From Laetmonice hystrix (taxonomy: Eukaryota): 64,000 nt of DNA. The number at the start of each line of letters is the position of its first letter. Position 1 is the first letter of the stretch. Where the stretch lies: positions 31,992,001 to 32,056,000 of the forward strand of contig OZ249438.1 in assembly GCA_965235115.1 (NCBI GenBank), read 5' to 3'. Below the pieces are notes generated by a model. The model did not search any database and was not told the DNA's origin. It saw nothing but the letters and a program-made list of their open reading frames with translations. Positions 12,417 to 25,436 of this stretch are shown one piece after another. A program made the position numbers and the translations under genes.

Positions 12417-14268
12417 CAAGACTGAGACTAACAACAAATCAAGGAGTGCTGCGAGGCTCACCGTGCACTGATGCATTACAAAGAGCCGAGTGTTTTCTTG
12501 TGTATGTTCGGGGGGGGGGAGGAGGTAAGGGTTTCTTTATCATTCATGAAATATGATGGGACGAGCTGAGCAAGAGGGGACGGGAGATATTTCTGGGTTC
12601 ATGGTCTCACGGTCATGTAAAATATGATATGCAATCAAGAAGTAGGGTTGGTTTCCTAGGCGATCACTTAACTTCAAGTTCACTCTCAGATTTTATCTTT
12701 GGAAGTGGCCACTTCTCAATGTGACGGGTACGTGTTACCATCAAGATACCACCATCCTACACCCAGGTTTCACTTTTACTTCAGACCCGATCCGTGTACG
12801 TTGTACATACGTGATGCTGGCTAGGTTTTCTCTGTGACTGATGACAGATATACCCGGGCCACTCCTACCCCTACCACCACCCCCCTCCTCTTGTGATGGG
12901 AGGTGTGATACAATCCTGACCACTTCTCGAACCCCCCCCCCTTCGGCGTCCTCCTGCGACAGTGACAAATACGTCTGTAAACATGACGCAGAAAATCGTG
13001 CCGTTATCGTCTTCCTATATACAGGTACATTACAGGGGAGGGAGGGGGGGGGGGGCTCCCCCACTCTACACCTGGTCATATTACTTCATAATTACAGGCT
13101 TAAAACCTAGTATTATCGTATTGCACTGAAATACAATCCAGCATATATGCAAATAAAGACACTAGTATTGCCATATTTTGTTCGTGCCTTTGTAACATCT
13201 AAGGCCATTCACGCATGATTACAAGTAGTAAGCGCAACATTATCCACATAAAATTATACTGTGAATGTTGCAACACTTGAATATTATTGTAGAAACACAC
13301 ACAAAAACTAAACAAAACTTAAAAAAAAACCCCATAAAATTACATAAGGAAAAAGACTCTGAATATGATCCCAAAGAAAGGATCAAAGGGTACAGCCTCT
13401 TTATGTAAATTACTTGTGGTTCGGTTTGGTTTTTCCCAAACCGCTTACTTCACTGACCCTCTGAAGCCTGTTCATGGATAGGGCCCGTTGCTACCCACCG
13501 TTAGTTACCCACGGTGTCCCCCGAACCGTGAACCGTACCTCCTGAGGCTCCAGCTTCTTAACCTACTTTATTCCATCTCAACTCGAGCCTCAATACCTGA
13601 GGGGACGAGGCGCACACTCGAGCAACGTTTGGACGACAACCAATTAATGGCCGGGGGTATCCGACCCACAAGGCTGCACCCTGCCATTCCAACCTTTACT
13701 TGCCCTCCCTCTTCTTATCTGTTTTCTACAACAACAAAAACACGGAAGCTGATTTTCGCCTCGCCCTCTTGAATGTCATGTATGTGCTGTGTCAGCCCAT
13801 CATCTATTACACTGCAGACAATGGAGACGCCGGAAGTCTGTGCCATACCTGAGTGAGGGTACAATAGGACTTACATAAGCCCTTCTGCCGCTGCTGGCAT
13901 TGCCACTGGGAAGGGATAGACCCGTTCGGATACTTCACAGGTTATCTTACCCTTAATGTGCATAAAATATCCCAGTAGTATACATATGACCAGTTTCACC
14001 GACAGAGTGCGTTTGAGGGGACAAAAAAATCTAAGCTATGGCTTAACTTATAATTCATATACAAACCATTGTTACAAGCAGCGCCCGTCGTCTCATTTCA
14101 GTGTCAAATGAAGCCTATGAATTCAAACCATTGAAGTCTGATCCATAACACAAATACTCCAAATTTCCTCAGCCAATTTTTCTATGGGCCATCACTTACA
14201 GCGGTGTGGGTCGGGTGTGGTATGTGGGCGCGTGTATTGTGCGGCGGTGGTTTCCTGGGTATGCATTA

Positions 14269-14393
14269 CCTAACATTACTCCACGTATTCCGTGTATAGC
14301 TGCGGCCTGAGGGGAGGAGGGCTGGATAAGGGTACGACTCGTTAAAGGCAGCAGGGCGACGATTGTAACCACTTCTGACAGCTCCTCGGGGCT
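14269..14393 (-). CDS. Weak candidate exon (V)SPEELSEVVTIVALLPLTSRTLIQPSSPQAAAIHGIRGVML; boundaries approximate
   Basis: Acceptor cccctttcatgttaacag, donor G|gtaatg, open frame; no homology recognised. Confidence 0.2.
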
Positions 14394-17300
14394 CACTGTT
14401 AACATGAAAGGGGCGGACCAGACCGGCCTGTCCTCGGTACCGCGAACAAATATGGTGCGGGATCAGTCTATATAATAAATAACATACCCCTTATATTTCT
14501 CTGTTATCTCTATCAGATAATTGGAGGTCGGTTCCATATTACGGTGTAGCAATATAGATAAATGCCAGGGACATAACGATGTACATAGGTTTCCACCTGG
14601 ATCATCAACTGCCCCAGGTATGAAAGATCACATTCACCTACCACAGGTGTGGTCATGCACATTATCTTTCTCCAAGCTCTAATGGCTACTATCTCACAAC
14701 ACATCTTTATGGGTATGACATACACGTTCTCTCCACTCACTCCATTTACTGTCATTCTTTCCAACATCTCAACACAAACATGCTATGAAAAATCGACCAT
14801 CCCTTTATTGTGTGACAGATATCACCAACTCATAACTCTCCAAATTTGACAACCTGCGAGTTTGTACTTTATCTATAAAACTCGACTATAAAACTGAAAC
14901 CTTTTAACGCAAGCGTGTGAAGTTTCTCAGGCACTTTTCTAAGAGCACTTCAAATTGAGGATCATAATTTTAAAATACCAAAATATTACCACAGAACCAT
15001 TTCAACTGATATGAACACACAGCATCCCATCAATCTACCCGCCATCTCTGTATACTGCACTGTGACGTTAATAGATACTTTACCTGTCTTCTCGAATCCT
15101 TTCAACATTAATTGCCTCATCAGATGTTTTGACTAAGCAATCATTATAAATTTTTACGACCTTATCTCTCACAATAAAGGCCATGTAGTAATATAACCTT
15201 GCAGGCTTCCATAAATTATTGGAACAATGACATTTGATTTATCTTTAAATATGAAAGTAAGGTGAACATCTTTGTATTTTTAAACTGATTACTCCCGTAT
15301 TTGGATAGATTATGACCAACTCACCGTCTTATATTATGTTTCGCCGTCACGGTTCAGTACACAAAGGCGTCTTGTGTTACGGCAGACCGGACTCGGATTT
15401 GCTGAAGTCCTGGATCAGTGCCCTCATAGAAACGTCCTCCGCCCTCTGCAAAATACATCCGTAATACTTACATTTATAAGTTATTTTGAACAAACACATC
15501 GGCACAATATCTCAATCCATACTTCCCCAAAGACATCCAGATAGACCCAGGAAGACATTGTGATTAAATCGTTATCGGCATCTTCCTATTTCAGTATCAG
15601 TATCTCTACAACTAGTTATCGACTGGATAAAATCAGTAGACACGTCAGTCACCTGGTAAAATACCAAAACAAAACACATAAACCATCTTTGTGTTGATGG
15701 TTGAGATTTTAATGAAATGTCCACGTGGAATGTATAATTAAAGTTAATCTTTAATCATTAGTCGTGATGAGACGTCAAACACTAATGACATGAGTTAGGG
15801 GAGGCCTAGTGGGCCACCATATGGGGGCCAGACGTAATTATGAACCACCAAGTCCCTTCTCTGACTCCCGGACCACGGGACGATCTCAGTCTCAGCAAAC
15901 TCTCTCATTACTTCCAAACGTTCCAGCAACACTATATTTATCATGTAGCTCTTACTGCATACCTCCACCCACCGCCGCCCAAACCACTCCTTACACAACC
16001 AAACCTTTTTATTGTCCTCATACTTTTTCCTCATCTGTCAAATATATGACACCTGACAAGGCTGAGAGCGGTAGCACTGTGATACTTGCGTACTGTCAGG
16101 CTAAGTATACGCCGAGTACTGAGTTACTACTCTACCAGTCATCAACCACTGCGGCCCAGTCCGACAACTCTCCACTCTCTTCATGTTGACAAGGGATTCC
16201 CACAACAAACCACTCCCCGATGTTCACTGACGCTTTCCGAACAACCCAGTGTTGGTAGATCTTACTTCAGGAATGCTAGCAGCCGCCACGTATGCCCTCA
16301 AAGTTAGTACTTCTTAAAGGAGCTCTGTAGCCAAATCCCTGCACATCTCCCGAGCGCCACTACAGTCAATATTTCACGGGCCACAGAGTAGACAGATTAA
16401 ATACCAATACCGACAAAATACATGCCCGGCAAAATCTTGTTACACACAGCTGTAACTTACTGCGTCTCGATCGTAACTTGTGTTTCTGAGAGAAACTACT
16501 AAACTTTTCCCTTCACTGTGAACTTTTAACTTGATACAACTTCTGTGAAAACTGTCTAAGTTATATGGAATTACTAATATCAAGAAATATCCTCGAAGGT
16601 AATGCTCATCTAAATCATTCATAGCAATAATTATCTTAATCCTTCCTCGTACAAATTTATATCGTACATCTAAAAGAAATAAAGCCCCTTTCGTGGTCCT
16701 GATACAGAATCTTCAAGAACATTTTTTTGTAAATCATATTATATGACAATAATGTGTTTTTAAATGATGTATTATATAATGACAGCATTAGCATTCCACG
16801 GTTCGTGTGGGGAAGATGCTTTACAAAGGAGTGCACCAGTGGAAGCCTACGGACCGAGCGAGGCTCTTCATTCACCGCTTCACTTGGTGTTTACTCACAC
16901 TTGACTGACCGGCCCCAGTCCGCCCCCCCCCCCCCCCACCCACCCTGGTCAGTCGGCCGCCCGGCCCATGTTTCGGCATGCGACCCGCTCGGAGGCCCCG
17001 GCCGCCACCCTGTACGTTGTTGAGGAATAGAAGGGGGGCTGCAATTGTTTTGGCCCCCATCTTATTGGACGCTGTCAATAAAAACAGGTGACTCTCCTGT
17101 GGGGGGTCGGGGGGGTGCCTGTGACAATCTGTGCTGGCAATGACAGGGACAAACACGGGTTTGTTGCCTCACCCTGATATTGACAGACCTGCCAGCAGCA
17201 TTTTTACCAGCTACACAATGAGGCAGGTGGAGCGAAGAGGAGGCAATAAACGAAGCATGTTGGCCTCATTGAAAACAGACCCAACAAGACCGAGATTCTA

Positions 17301-18083
17301 TATCCTTTAACATAGCTTGGAATGCCGGGCCATTCTCAAACTTACCCTCTTTGTCAATGATTTTTATGGAAAAAGTTCATTTGTCTTCCCTTTTTTCCTT
17401 TGTGCATGTCAGCCTATGATGTCATTTTGGGCCCGAATGACTAGCAGCGTAAAAAGAGTTTTGTGCATTGTGTCAGCGGTATCTGTGAATGTTTTTCAGA
17501 CACTTTCATAGACAAAAGTAAGAAAAGCAGAGGCGTCCTCACAAAATGACAGGAGTGGGATGAGGCGGGTTGAATAGAGATGAATTTCTCTCCCAAAGTA
17601 TAATGCATACATATTTAGAAACTCGCTTTGAAGTGTACATAGAGGCAAGGCACACAGGACGCTTTCCTAAGCAAGCACTATATCAGCCAGCATGGAACTG
17701 GCTGCACAAAAACATCGCCTTCAATCCATGCACGTTCACATCTGTAAACAACGCTCTGTAAAAACCGCTGTTTAGCAAAGATCTCTTTGACTTCCCGTCG
17801 CCCTTGCCCTGAACACATTGCTAAGCTCTGGCAGAGCCTGTCGGGAACCTGCCTTACCGAACTGCCACGACTCCACATGACTGCCACAACAATATGAGCG
17901 CCCCTACTCTACCACGGTTTTCTTCGCATCAATCAAATATGATGATTGTATCTGAAAAATTGGATCGCCACAACAGACTTTCAGTTCTCCAACTGGAACA
18001 GTACACAAAACATTTAAATCTAACGTACAAAGTTCACTGCATCTGATTGGGTGATCGTGAACTCCTTAGCCAATCCAGTCCTA

Positions 18084-18419
18084 GAAACTTTGCAATGGCA
18101 TGGATCTGACAGAATGTCATGAATGTGGCCAAGAGACCTCTGAAACTTTGCAATGGCGTGCATCTGACAGAATCTGTCATGAATGTGGCCAAGAGACCTC
18201 TGAAACTTTGCAATGGCATGGATCTGACAGAATCTGTCATGAATGTGGCCAAGAGACCTCTGAAACTTTGCAATGGCGTGGATCTGACAGAATCTGTCAT
18301 GAATGTGGCCAAGAGACCTCTGAAACTTTGCAATGGCTTGGATCTGACAGAATCTGTCATGAATGTGGCCAAGAGACCTCTGAAACTTTGCAGTGGCTTG
18401 GATCTGACAGAATCTGTCA
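18084..18419. repeat. 60-bp minisatellite, about 5.6 copies
   Basis: Unit GAAACTTTGCAATGGCNTGGATCTGACAGAATCTGTCATGAATGTGGCCAAGAGACCTCT; consecutive 60-nt lines align. Confidence 0.97.
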
Positions 18420-21286
18420 GATTCTCTCCTGGCCTCCTTAGAGGCCAAGAGCCCTCTAAGGACATGGCAATATCAGTGAAATCAAACAACTCATTACTTT
18501 TAATGAATTATTGGACATTAAATGCCACCGAGCCATCTCCATAAATTATGTTTGTTTGCATTCCAATAAGGCTTTGCGTCTACAAAGCCACCAGCTTTAA
18601 CTGAATTCAGCCTTAAGGTACTTCCACGTGATTGTCGTGGTATGATTACCATGAGCTTGGTATTCTTTCAGGTGAGGCAGGCGTCGAATGAGCCTTCTAT
18701 CAACAATACCCCGTGCACTTGCCACGGCAATGATTTTCAAGATTGTACCGGCATTTCTATTCGCCACTCCCTCCCCCCTTTCCTCAACAATTTGGTTTTA
18801 TTTTTAGATCTATTCCACGGGATCTCTAGATAAAGCAGGCTGACGTTACCGGTCACGCGTCGGTGGCGCTGATCAGTTCCAGGCGTCAGTAGTTCGGGTG
18901 GCGGCCACTAGGTGCGCCGCTGGGATTGTCTGTGTGCAGGGAGCGTGGCGAGCAAGAGAAAGGAAGCTGAAATCTTGCCTTAGATTAACGGGCCAAGATG
19001 TAGCGGGGAGACAATACAATAGTATCCGATTTCGGTGGGTGCATCAATCACACCCCCTGGCCTACATTGAGCGGGTGACACACACACACTGAATGGCGCG
19101 GCTCACCTTAATCTTAATGATGGCCATCCCCCATCAGGACCAACCGCCCCTATTTCTGTCATTTGTTTTATAGATGACATCTCCATTGAAATGTTATCCT
19201 TACTGTTAGTAATACATTCACATCCTCATAAATCTCTGGCCTCCACATCCTGAAACTTTCGTAAAACTTATGGAGCATGACCTGCCTTCTGAGTCAGAGT
19301 GTATGAAATTTAATGTCCCTTCCAAAAAAAACACCCCCACCCCCCAACTCCTCCATAATAGAGAATACAGCATAATACCTGCACTCCCCCTTGCCTCACC
19401 CTCGTCCCAGAATTCCTAACACCATCATGGGGCGGTTCTCGCTCTGTCCTCTCACGGGAGGGCAGACACCCTGTGACATGTAGATCGTCGTTTGACCTAC
19501 ATGACCCCTACCCCTGGTTGGATCCCCAGGTGGTTGTCACCCCGACCCCCTCTGTCTGGGTCATGTTGATGTTTCACCTGTCCACCCTTGTTCCTCTTCT
19601 ATTCTTTTATTCCTTCACAACGCATGAAAGTATTACTGGTGTATCAACACATCCTAATAAAACTACACATTGACCGGAGCTTCTATATATATCCCTGAGA
19701 GACAAGACGACGCCGAGATAATGGCAACGTTCGTAGAATAAATAGCTGGTAGAATAAATTAGACATGGATCATTGTAAGTGTCCATGAAGGGATGTAGCA
19801 TCGAGTTGCTTGTCGAGGCATATTGCCTATTGATTCCCAACAAGGACGTTTGGATGGCTGGGTCGTATCAATAACCTGATGCTATCTGGGTTGTGTCGGA
19901 ATCAACATGTCCCGAGGTCAGAGATCAGTCACAACCGGCAGTTCCTACCTTACACCTGTCACACGATCAAAGTGCTCATACAATCAGCGAACCACGTCGA
20001 GTTGGGTTTGGGATCGGGGCCAGTAGCTTCATGCTTAGATATCTGTTTAAACTTAAACATTTGATCCGATTGGATTTACCACCCACTATAATTTTTCAGA
20101 ATAATTTTCCCTTCGGCTGCTGGTCATTAACCATTCAACATCTCCCATTGTTATCCTCTCAACCAGCCAGCACCTGCAATGTTTGACTGATCCGAGTTTC
20201 ACACTACTACTGTACTGCAAAAATACGGTAATACCAATGTATCGTTCAGAACGGGTACTGCGACAGTTAAACTAGACAACACGAGGTGCATCTGGTATGA
20301 TGGTATTACCCATCATGCTCTCTTTTTGTCAATGTCTTTAAAAAAATCCTTTTCGGCAAACCCTGTACACATTTTCATCCCAAATATTTGTGTACACCTG
20401 CCTAATTAACTGGTTGATTCAATCCAGGCACAGCCAAACTATGTTTTGCCTGTTCATATTTGAAGTGCTACATGTATTCAATAATACATGTATACCCTGC
20501 CATCTAATCTCAAGTGCGAAACAGTTTTTGCCAGTCTCTCCAACAATTCATACAGTTGTTGGACATGTTCCGCCTGAGCCCCAACATCTCAATGGTCAGG
20601 CGCATGTAGACTTTGAATGGATGCTGCCCATCCCTTTCTGTCGCCTATTGTTGCCTGAGACATGTATCTGCATGTCTTTCCGATGTACCTACCGTACCTA
20701 CCTGGTTTACTAACGGACTTTGGGGCGTGGACCCATAGGTCTGTCAATAACGCGGCCGCTAGTAGTACCAGTACAGTAAGTAGTATTAGTCAGGAGTAGC
20801 AGAACCCAGAGCCAAGCCTGAGGCCATTCAACGGGCCCGATCATCGCGCCGCTGCTATGAGCAGAAGGCTTTGGGAGGCGACGGGTGACAGATTTAATAG
20901 TCGCCACATCTATGGGTATGGCGGGCTGTAAATCACACACGGCCATTTTCTCGGTGACAGCTTCCCGAACGGTACAAAGGCAAACCCAGGGCCTGGACTG
21001 GGCTCGGCCCGGTAATTTGATCAATTCTGTGACCAACTCCCTCCTCCTCGATCTAACGTAGTCAGCCAACTTTTCTGCATGTCATAGACCAGTATTGTTT
21101 CCCTGGCTAGAATAAAAATTGATGGATTCTGAGAACTGATAAAACTAAGGTCAGAAAGATGAGGCGACCGAACGGAAAGTTTGGGCCAACTGGATAACCA
21201 AGACTGAAGGACAAAAAAATCAGAAAACATAATAAACATAAATGATAAACGTACAGAAAATATGGGCGAAGGAGATATAGCAAATG

Positions 21287-21323
21287 AGACAGAGACAGAT
21301 AGAGACAGACAGAGACAGAGAGA
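21287..21323. repeat. GAGACA/GACA microsatellite
   Basis: gagacagagacagatagagacagacagagacagagag. Confidence 0.8.
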
Positions 21324-23317
21324 ACGACAGTATACGCCGATGCTGTACATTCTGTTTGTAATACTGTTTCACATTAGTTTGTACAGCTGTAACCCGAACC
21401 CCGCTGACCATCAGCCCAGGAGGCATCAGGGGTATACGGGACACGTCTGTCGGCAGGAGGCCACTGTTCTATGACATCACCGCGGGCATGTGTCTCGGTG
21501 AGGCAAGCATTATCTGTCATGGCATGGCGCTGGGCCTCCAGTCACACTGGACGGCCACGGGTTAATTTGGGGGCAACTAATGTTCTGAGTCGCTTCTCTC
21601 ATGATTCATGGAATGACACCCAACAAAGGGGGGAAAAATACCTGTGTGTTATGGTTTCCACCCACACCGCTCGACCCCCTTGGTGATCCACGGCCAGTTC
21701 ACCAAACTGGACCATAGAATACCTTCCCTAAACAAATACCTGCCAATCTCTAATTGCCCAGCAATGATAAATAGATAGCTCAAAACGACAGAGTCGTCTG
21801 AATATATTACTCTCACTGAGTCTCTTTTTGACAAATGTTGAGGTTATTCTAGAAATCTGAAAGGATACATGAGCTGTCAGGATTCTAACAGGTTACTCTT
21901 CAAAGCCAATTAATCTGCAATTGATGTCATAAAAGCTTGTTACAGCCAAACTGACAGGATGGTAAAGGGCTATTCAGCTCTTCTTTCCTACTGTATGTCC
22001 TTTCCTGGGGGCATTGCATTGGGCTGATACAAAGTCAACCCGTTGCTTGAGAGGCCCCTTGCCCAATTCAAAAGAGAGTAAACGTTACACTAGTCAAGGT
22101 CCATGTGGAAAGAGAACGCCGGAGCATTTGGTTGCACCCTTCAGTAAATACGCTCTCAGCGTTGTTATCTTTTCCCAGTGAAAGTATTTTTTGTCCGGCT
22201 TGACGTTGATTGCCCCGAGAGTGTCTTGCTGTCAAAGGCTCTGACCTCTGAGGTCTCGCTGGTATCACCCATATTCAAATACCAACACTTGGGGGCTATT
22301 CACGGTTCCAGCCGTTTTTCTCCGCAATTGTTGCATTTTAGCCGGGCAAGTGTTGGCTGGAATGTTCTGATTCTCTGGGTCCAGTGTTACAGGGTAGCTG
22401 GTTCGGCGCCTAATGAACGAGACCGGGCACAAATTGGTGGTCACTGGACAGGTGGCCAATGGGCGACAAGTGCACTCCCTGACACTCGAGCTCCGCGCTT
22501 CAAGCGTGGATCGGAGCGGCACAATGGCCCGGGATACATTTGGGTTCCATCAATCGTTGGCTGAGGGCAGTGACAATTACCGAGTTGTCACTCTGATGGA
22601 CCCCATGCCAAGCACCCTTCCTTTGCCACCCCCTCCCTCCTTGCCCCCTCTCTAACAACTCCGGGAAGCCAAACGTAACCTGCAGGCTTCCAAAATAACG
22701 GGTCTAACATCGGAGGAGGCTACTAAAATAGTCCCATAAAGGATCAACGTCAAGATCCCACTAACTGCCAACTACCGTTATCCTATTTCAGATGTCACTT
22801 TTAACTTTTACAATATTCGACTTGTTTACATTTTAATATGTTCCCCGATGTTATGTTGCGTATATAGATTTTTAGACAAAGAAATACTTGCTTACAGCAA
22901 ATATAACCGAGACATTCAGGAATATCTGTCCATGTCACCTGATGCCATGTACCAATTAAAACAACGCCCTTCTGGTCCCTGTCAACGTCCTTCTACACCC
23001 TGACAATGTTACGGTTCATCATCAATGTACCTGATAACATCTGGGCCTCCATCTTAACCAATGTAGGCAGGACCGCGAAAGGGGACATCACTGATACGAG
23101 TGTTTGTTTAAGTGTCATCCGAAGGAGCAGTGTAGATTAATCATGGAAACAACTTGTCAATACTCAACAACAAATTGGAGACGTCATTCAGTCACTGAGA
23201 TCTTGGTCATTTTATGTAATTTGGCATACTTAATGACTTCCCGAGGCCTACATGCATACATTGCCTTGGTTACTTCCAGCTGAGCTATGGTTGTTATTTC
23301 AGCCAAGATTGTAAATA

Positions 23318-24389
23318 CAGTTGGTTCCACTTAACCCGAACTCGGTTAACCCGAACTTTCGGTTAACCCAAACTTTTTTCAATTTCCCTGCAGATTTCCT
23401 ATTTAATACTGTCTATTTTGTCCGCTTAACCCGAATTCGGTTAACCCGAAATTTCGGTTAACCTGAACTGATTTTTATTTCCAAAGAGGCATTTTTTCCA
23501 GTTAACCCAAACTTTTTGTTTGCACAATCTCAGACTAGGTATACACAGGCAACACTTTAACATCACACCTGTGTAAGTGTTGAGTCACACCTCTTCTCTT
23601 TGCTGCTGTCCCTTGTACGTTATTCAATAGATCAAACATTCACAGTATAAAGACGGTCTCCAGGGGGTTCGAACACCCCCCCCCTAAAATTTTGCAAAAA
23701 CACACATTTTAACTTAACATTATAATTTAGAAGGTTTTTTTTTCTTTAGTCGCAAGATAAAAAAACACCTAAAATTTTTAGGCAGGAGGCAGGATTTCAT
23801 GCTATAGCCAAAGATGCTGTTGGACTTGAGGAGGCCCTTTTGCCCTTGGTCCCATTGGTCATTGAATAGCTTATTTTGTGCTCCAAAATGCATCGGATTG
23901 CTACAAATTACACCTTGAATTTCAAAATTTTCCGGGGGGGGGGGGGGGCATGCCCCTAGGAAGGCTTCGCGCCTTCGGCGCTCGTACGGTCACGTCTGTG
24001 TTACCCCAAAACATGTTGAACCCCCCTAACGGAAAAAGCTGGGTATACCCCCCACCACTATTTCTCAGTGGAAGCAGCCGGCTAGTCGTGTTCAGATTTT
24101 TGCTGAGCGTGACCAAGGTTGCGGCGATTTGGCCCGTAAGAAAATCCGACAGTCAGCCTACCCCGACATTGAAGAAGCCCTTTTATATATCGATATTTAT
24201 GTTAAGCTGAACCAATAAAATGAGGTGAATTTTTTTGTAAAAAATACAACATATACATACAGCGGTTTCACTTTGACATAGGCCTAATGGTTACGAGCCT
24301 AAATGGGGCCATTTCGGTTAACCCGAATTTTCGCTTAACCCAAACTTTTTTCGATTTCCCCAAAAGTTCGGGTTAAGTGGAACTAACTG
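23318..24389. mobile_element. Non-autonomous Tc1/mariner (pogo/Tigger-like) element with TA target site duplication
   Basis: TA|CAGTTGGTTCCACTTAACCCGAACT ... AGTTCGGGTTAAGTGGAACTAACTG|TA, 25-bp TIR with 1 mismatch. About nine internal TTAACCCRAA motifs in subterminal blocks. Confidence 0.9.
23655..24086. mobile_element. Unrelated repeat nested inside the TA-flanked element; ends approximate
   Basis: Lacks host TTAACCCGAA motifs. Has GGGGGTTCGAAC near the left end versus GTTGAACCCCCC near the right end, a poly-G run, and the motif CTTCGCGCCTTCGGCGCTCG that I recall from invertebrate interspersed repeats. Confidence 0.5.
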
Positions 24390-25343
24390 TAGTTAAATGG
24401 CATGTCAATCACGTCAATATCGGCACGTAATACCAAATCTACTCAAAACCAAAATGCCTCAATGCAGCCAGATTTGTCATGCCGTCCTGCATGCACAAAA
24501 TCACGGCCTCGAAAGGGCTGAAACATTATTCTCTTGTCAATCCGACTTTCAATCTGCAACTTGAGTCTCTAAGTGTCATCGTCTTCTATGTAAACAGTCA
24601 AATTGTTGGTTCCTTCCCTCTCGATCTTCGTAAAGAGAACTTTACGAACACAAAATATTTGCATTTCTGGGTCCAATCTTGGCCAATCTTTTTGCTTGTT
24701 GACTTGAACAAGGGAAAAGCATAACACTTATTTTTCTTTCTTCTCAAAGGCATCCAAGCAAGCGCTTCGAGTGGTAATCGGTTGCAGAGTTGAGCCTGTA
24801 TTATCATGACATTAAATAGCGCGTAAGATCCGTCTACAATGGTAATGGCATGGAACGAGTCGTAATGTGACGAGATAGGAGGCAATGGCCTAGGTGGCGC
24901 CACCAGTCATGCGCGACACCTGACGCCAAACCACCTGGGACAGCAGGGGCTGGCGGACGCTCACCCTACCTTGCTCCACGCAATACCACTCCCTTTTTCT
25001 TCTACAACGAAATCTCCTCCAATCTGCATCAATCAGAAAGCAATGAAGCTGATATTTCAGATTGTACTCAAAACAACCATGTGTTTCTATTCAAGTGCCA
25101 TTTGGTGAGAAGTATATTAAACTCAGAACTATGCCTCGCTTCACTCGATCCCCTTGAAGCAGTTTAAGCGGAGTAAAAGACCAAGTTCCCTTCAGGGAAT
25201 TAAACTTGCGACAACCAAGGGAACATCTGTTAGAGGGCAGTCTTGGTTAACCTAGTTTTAAACTATCAACATCAGGCCGCTCTATGGGTGCGACAATCCG
25301 GTTATCCCCCCATGATAACTGCCCCACAAAATGTTTGGGAAGG

Positions 25344-25436
25344 GGTTAGGGTTAGGGTTAGGTTTAGGGTTAGGGTCAGGGATAGGGATGTGTTTCTGGG
25401 AGGTGTAGGGACCGGGGTTAGGGGTTCGGGATAAGG
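25344..25436 (+). repeat. Short degenerate telomere-like (TTAGGG)n tract
   Basis: ggttagggttagggttaggtttagggttagggtcagggataggg plus further degenerate copies. Confidence 0.8.

Noticed and set aside
15310-15480. Coding-looking segment, including a PH-helix-like LKSWISAL on the + strand
   Set aside because: Plausible peptides and splice sites appear in several frames on both strands, so nothing discriminates between them
18100-18441. Repeating CHECGQ, resembling a C2H2 zinc finger
   Set aside because: The period is 20 aa with no His pair or linker, and four frames are open because the unit is 60 bp
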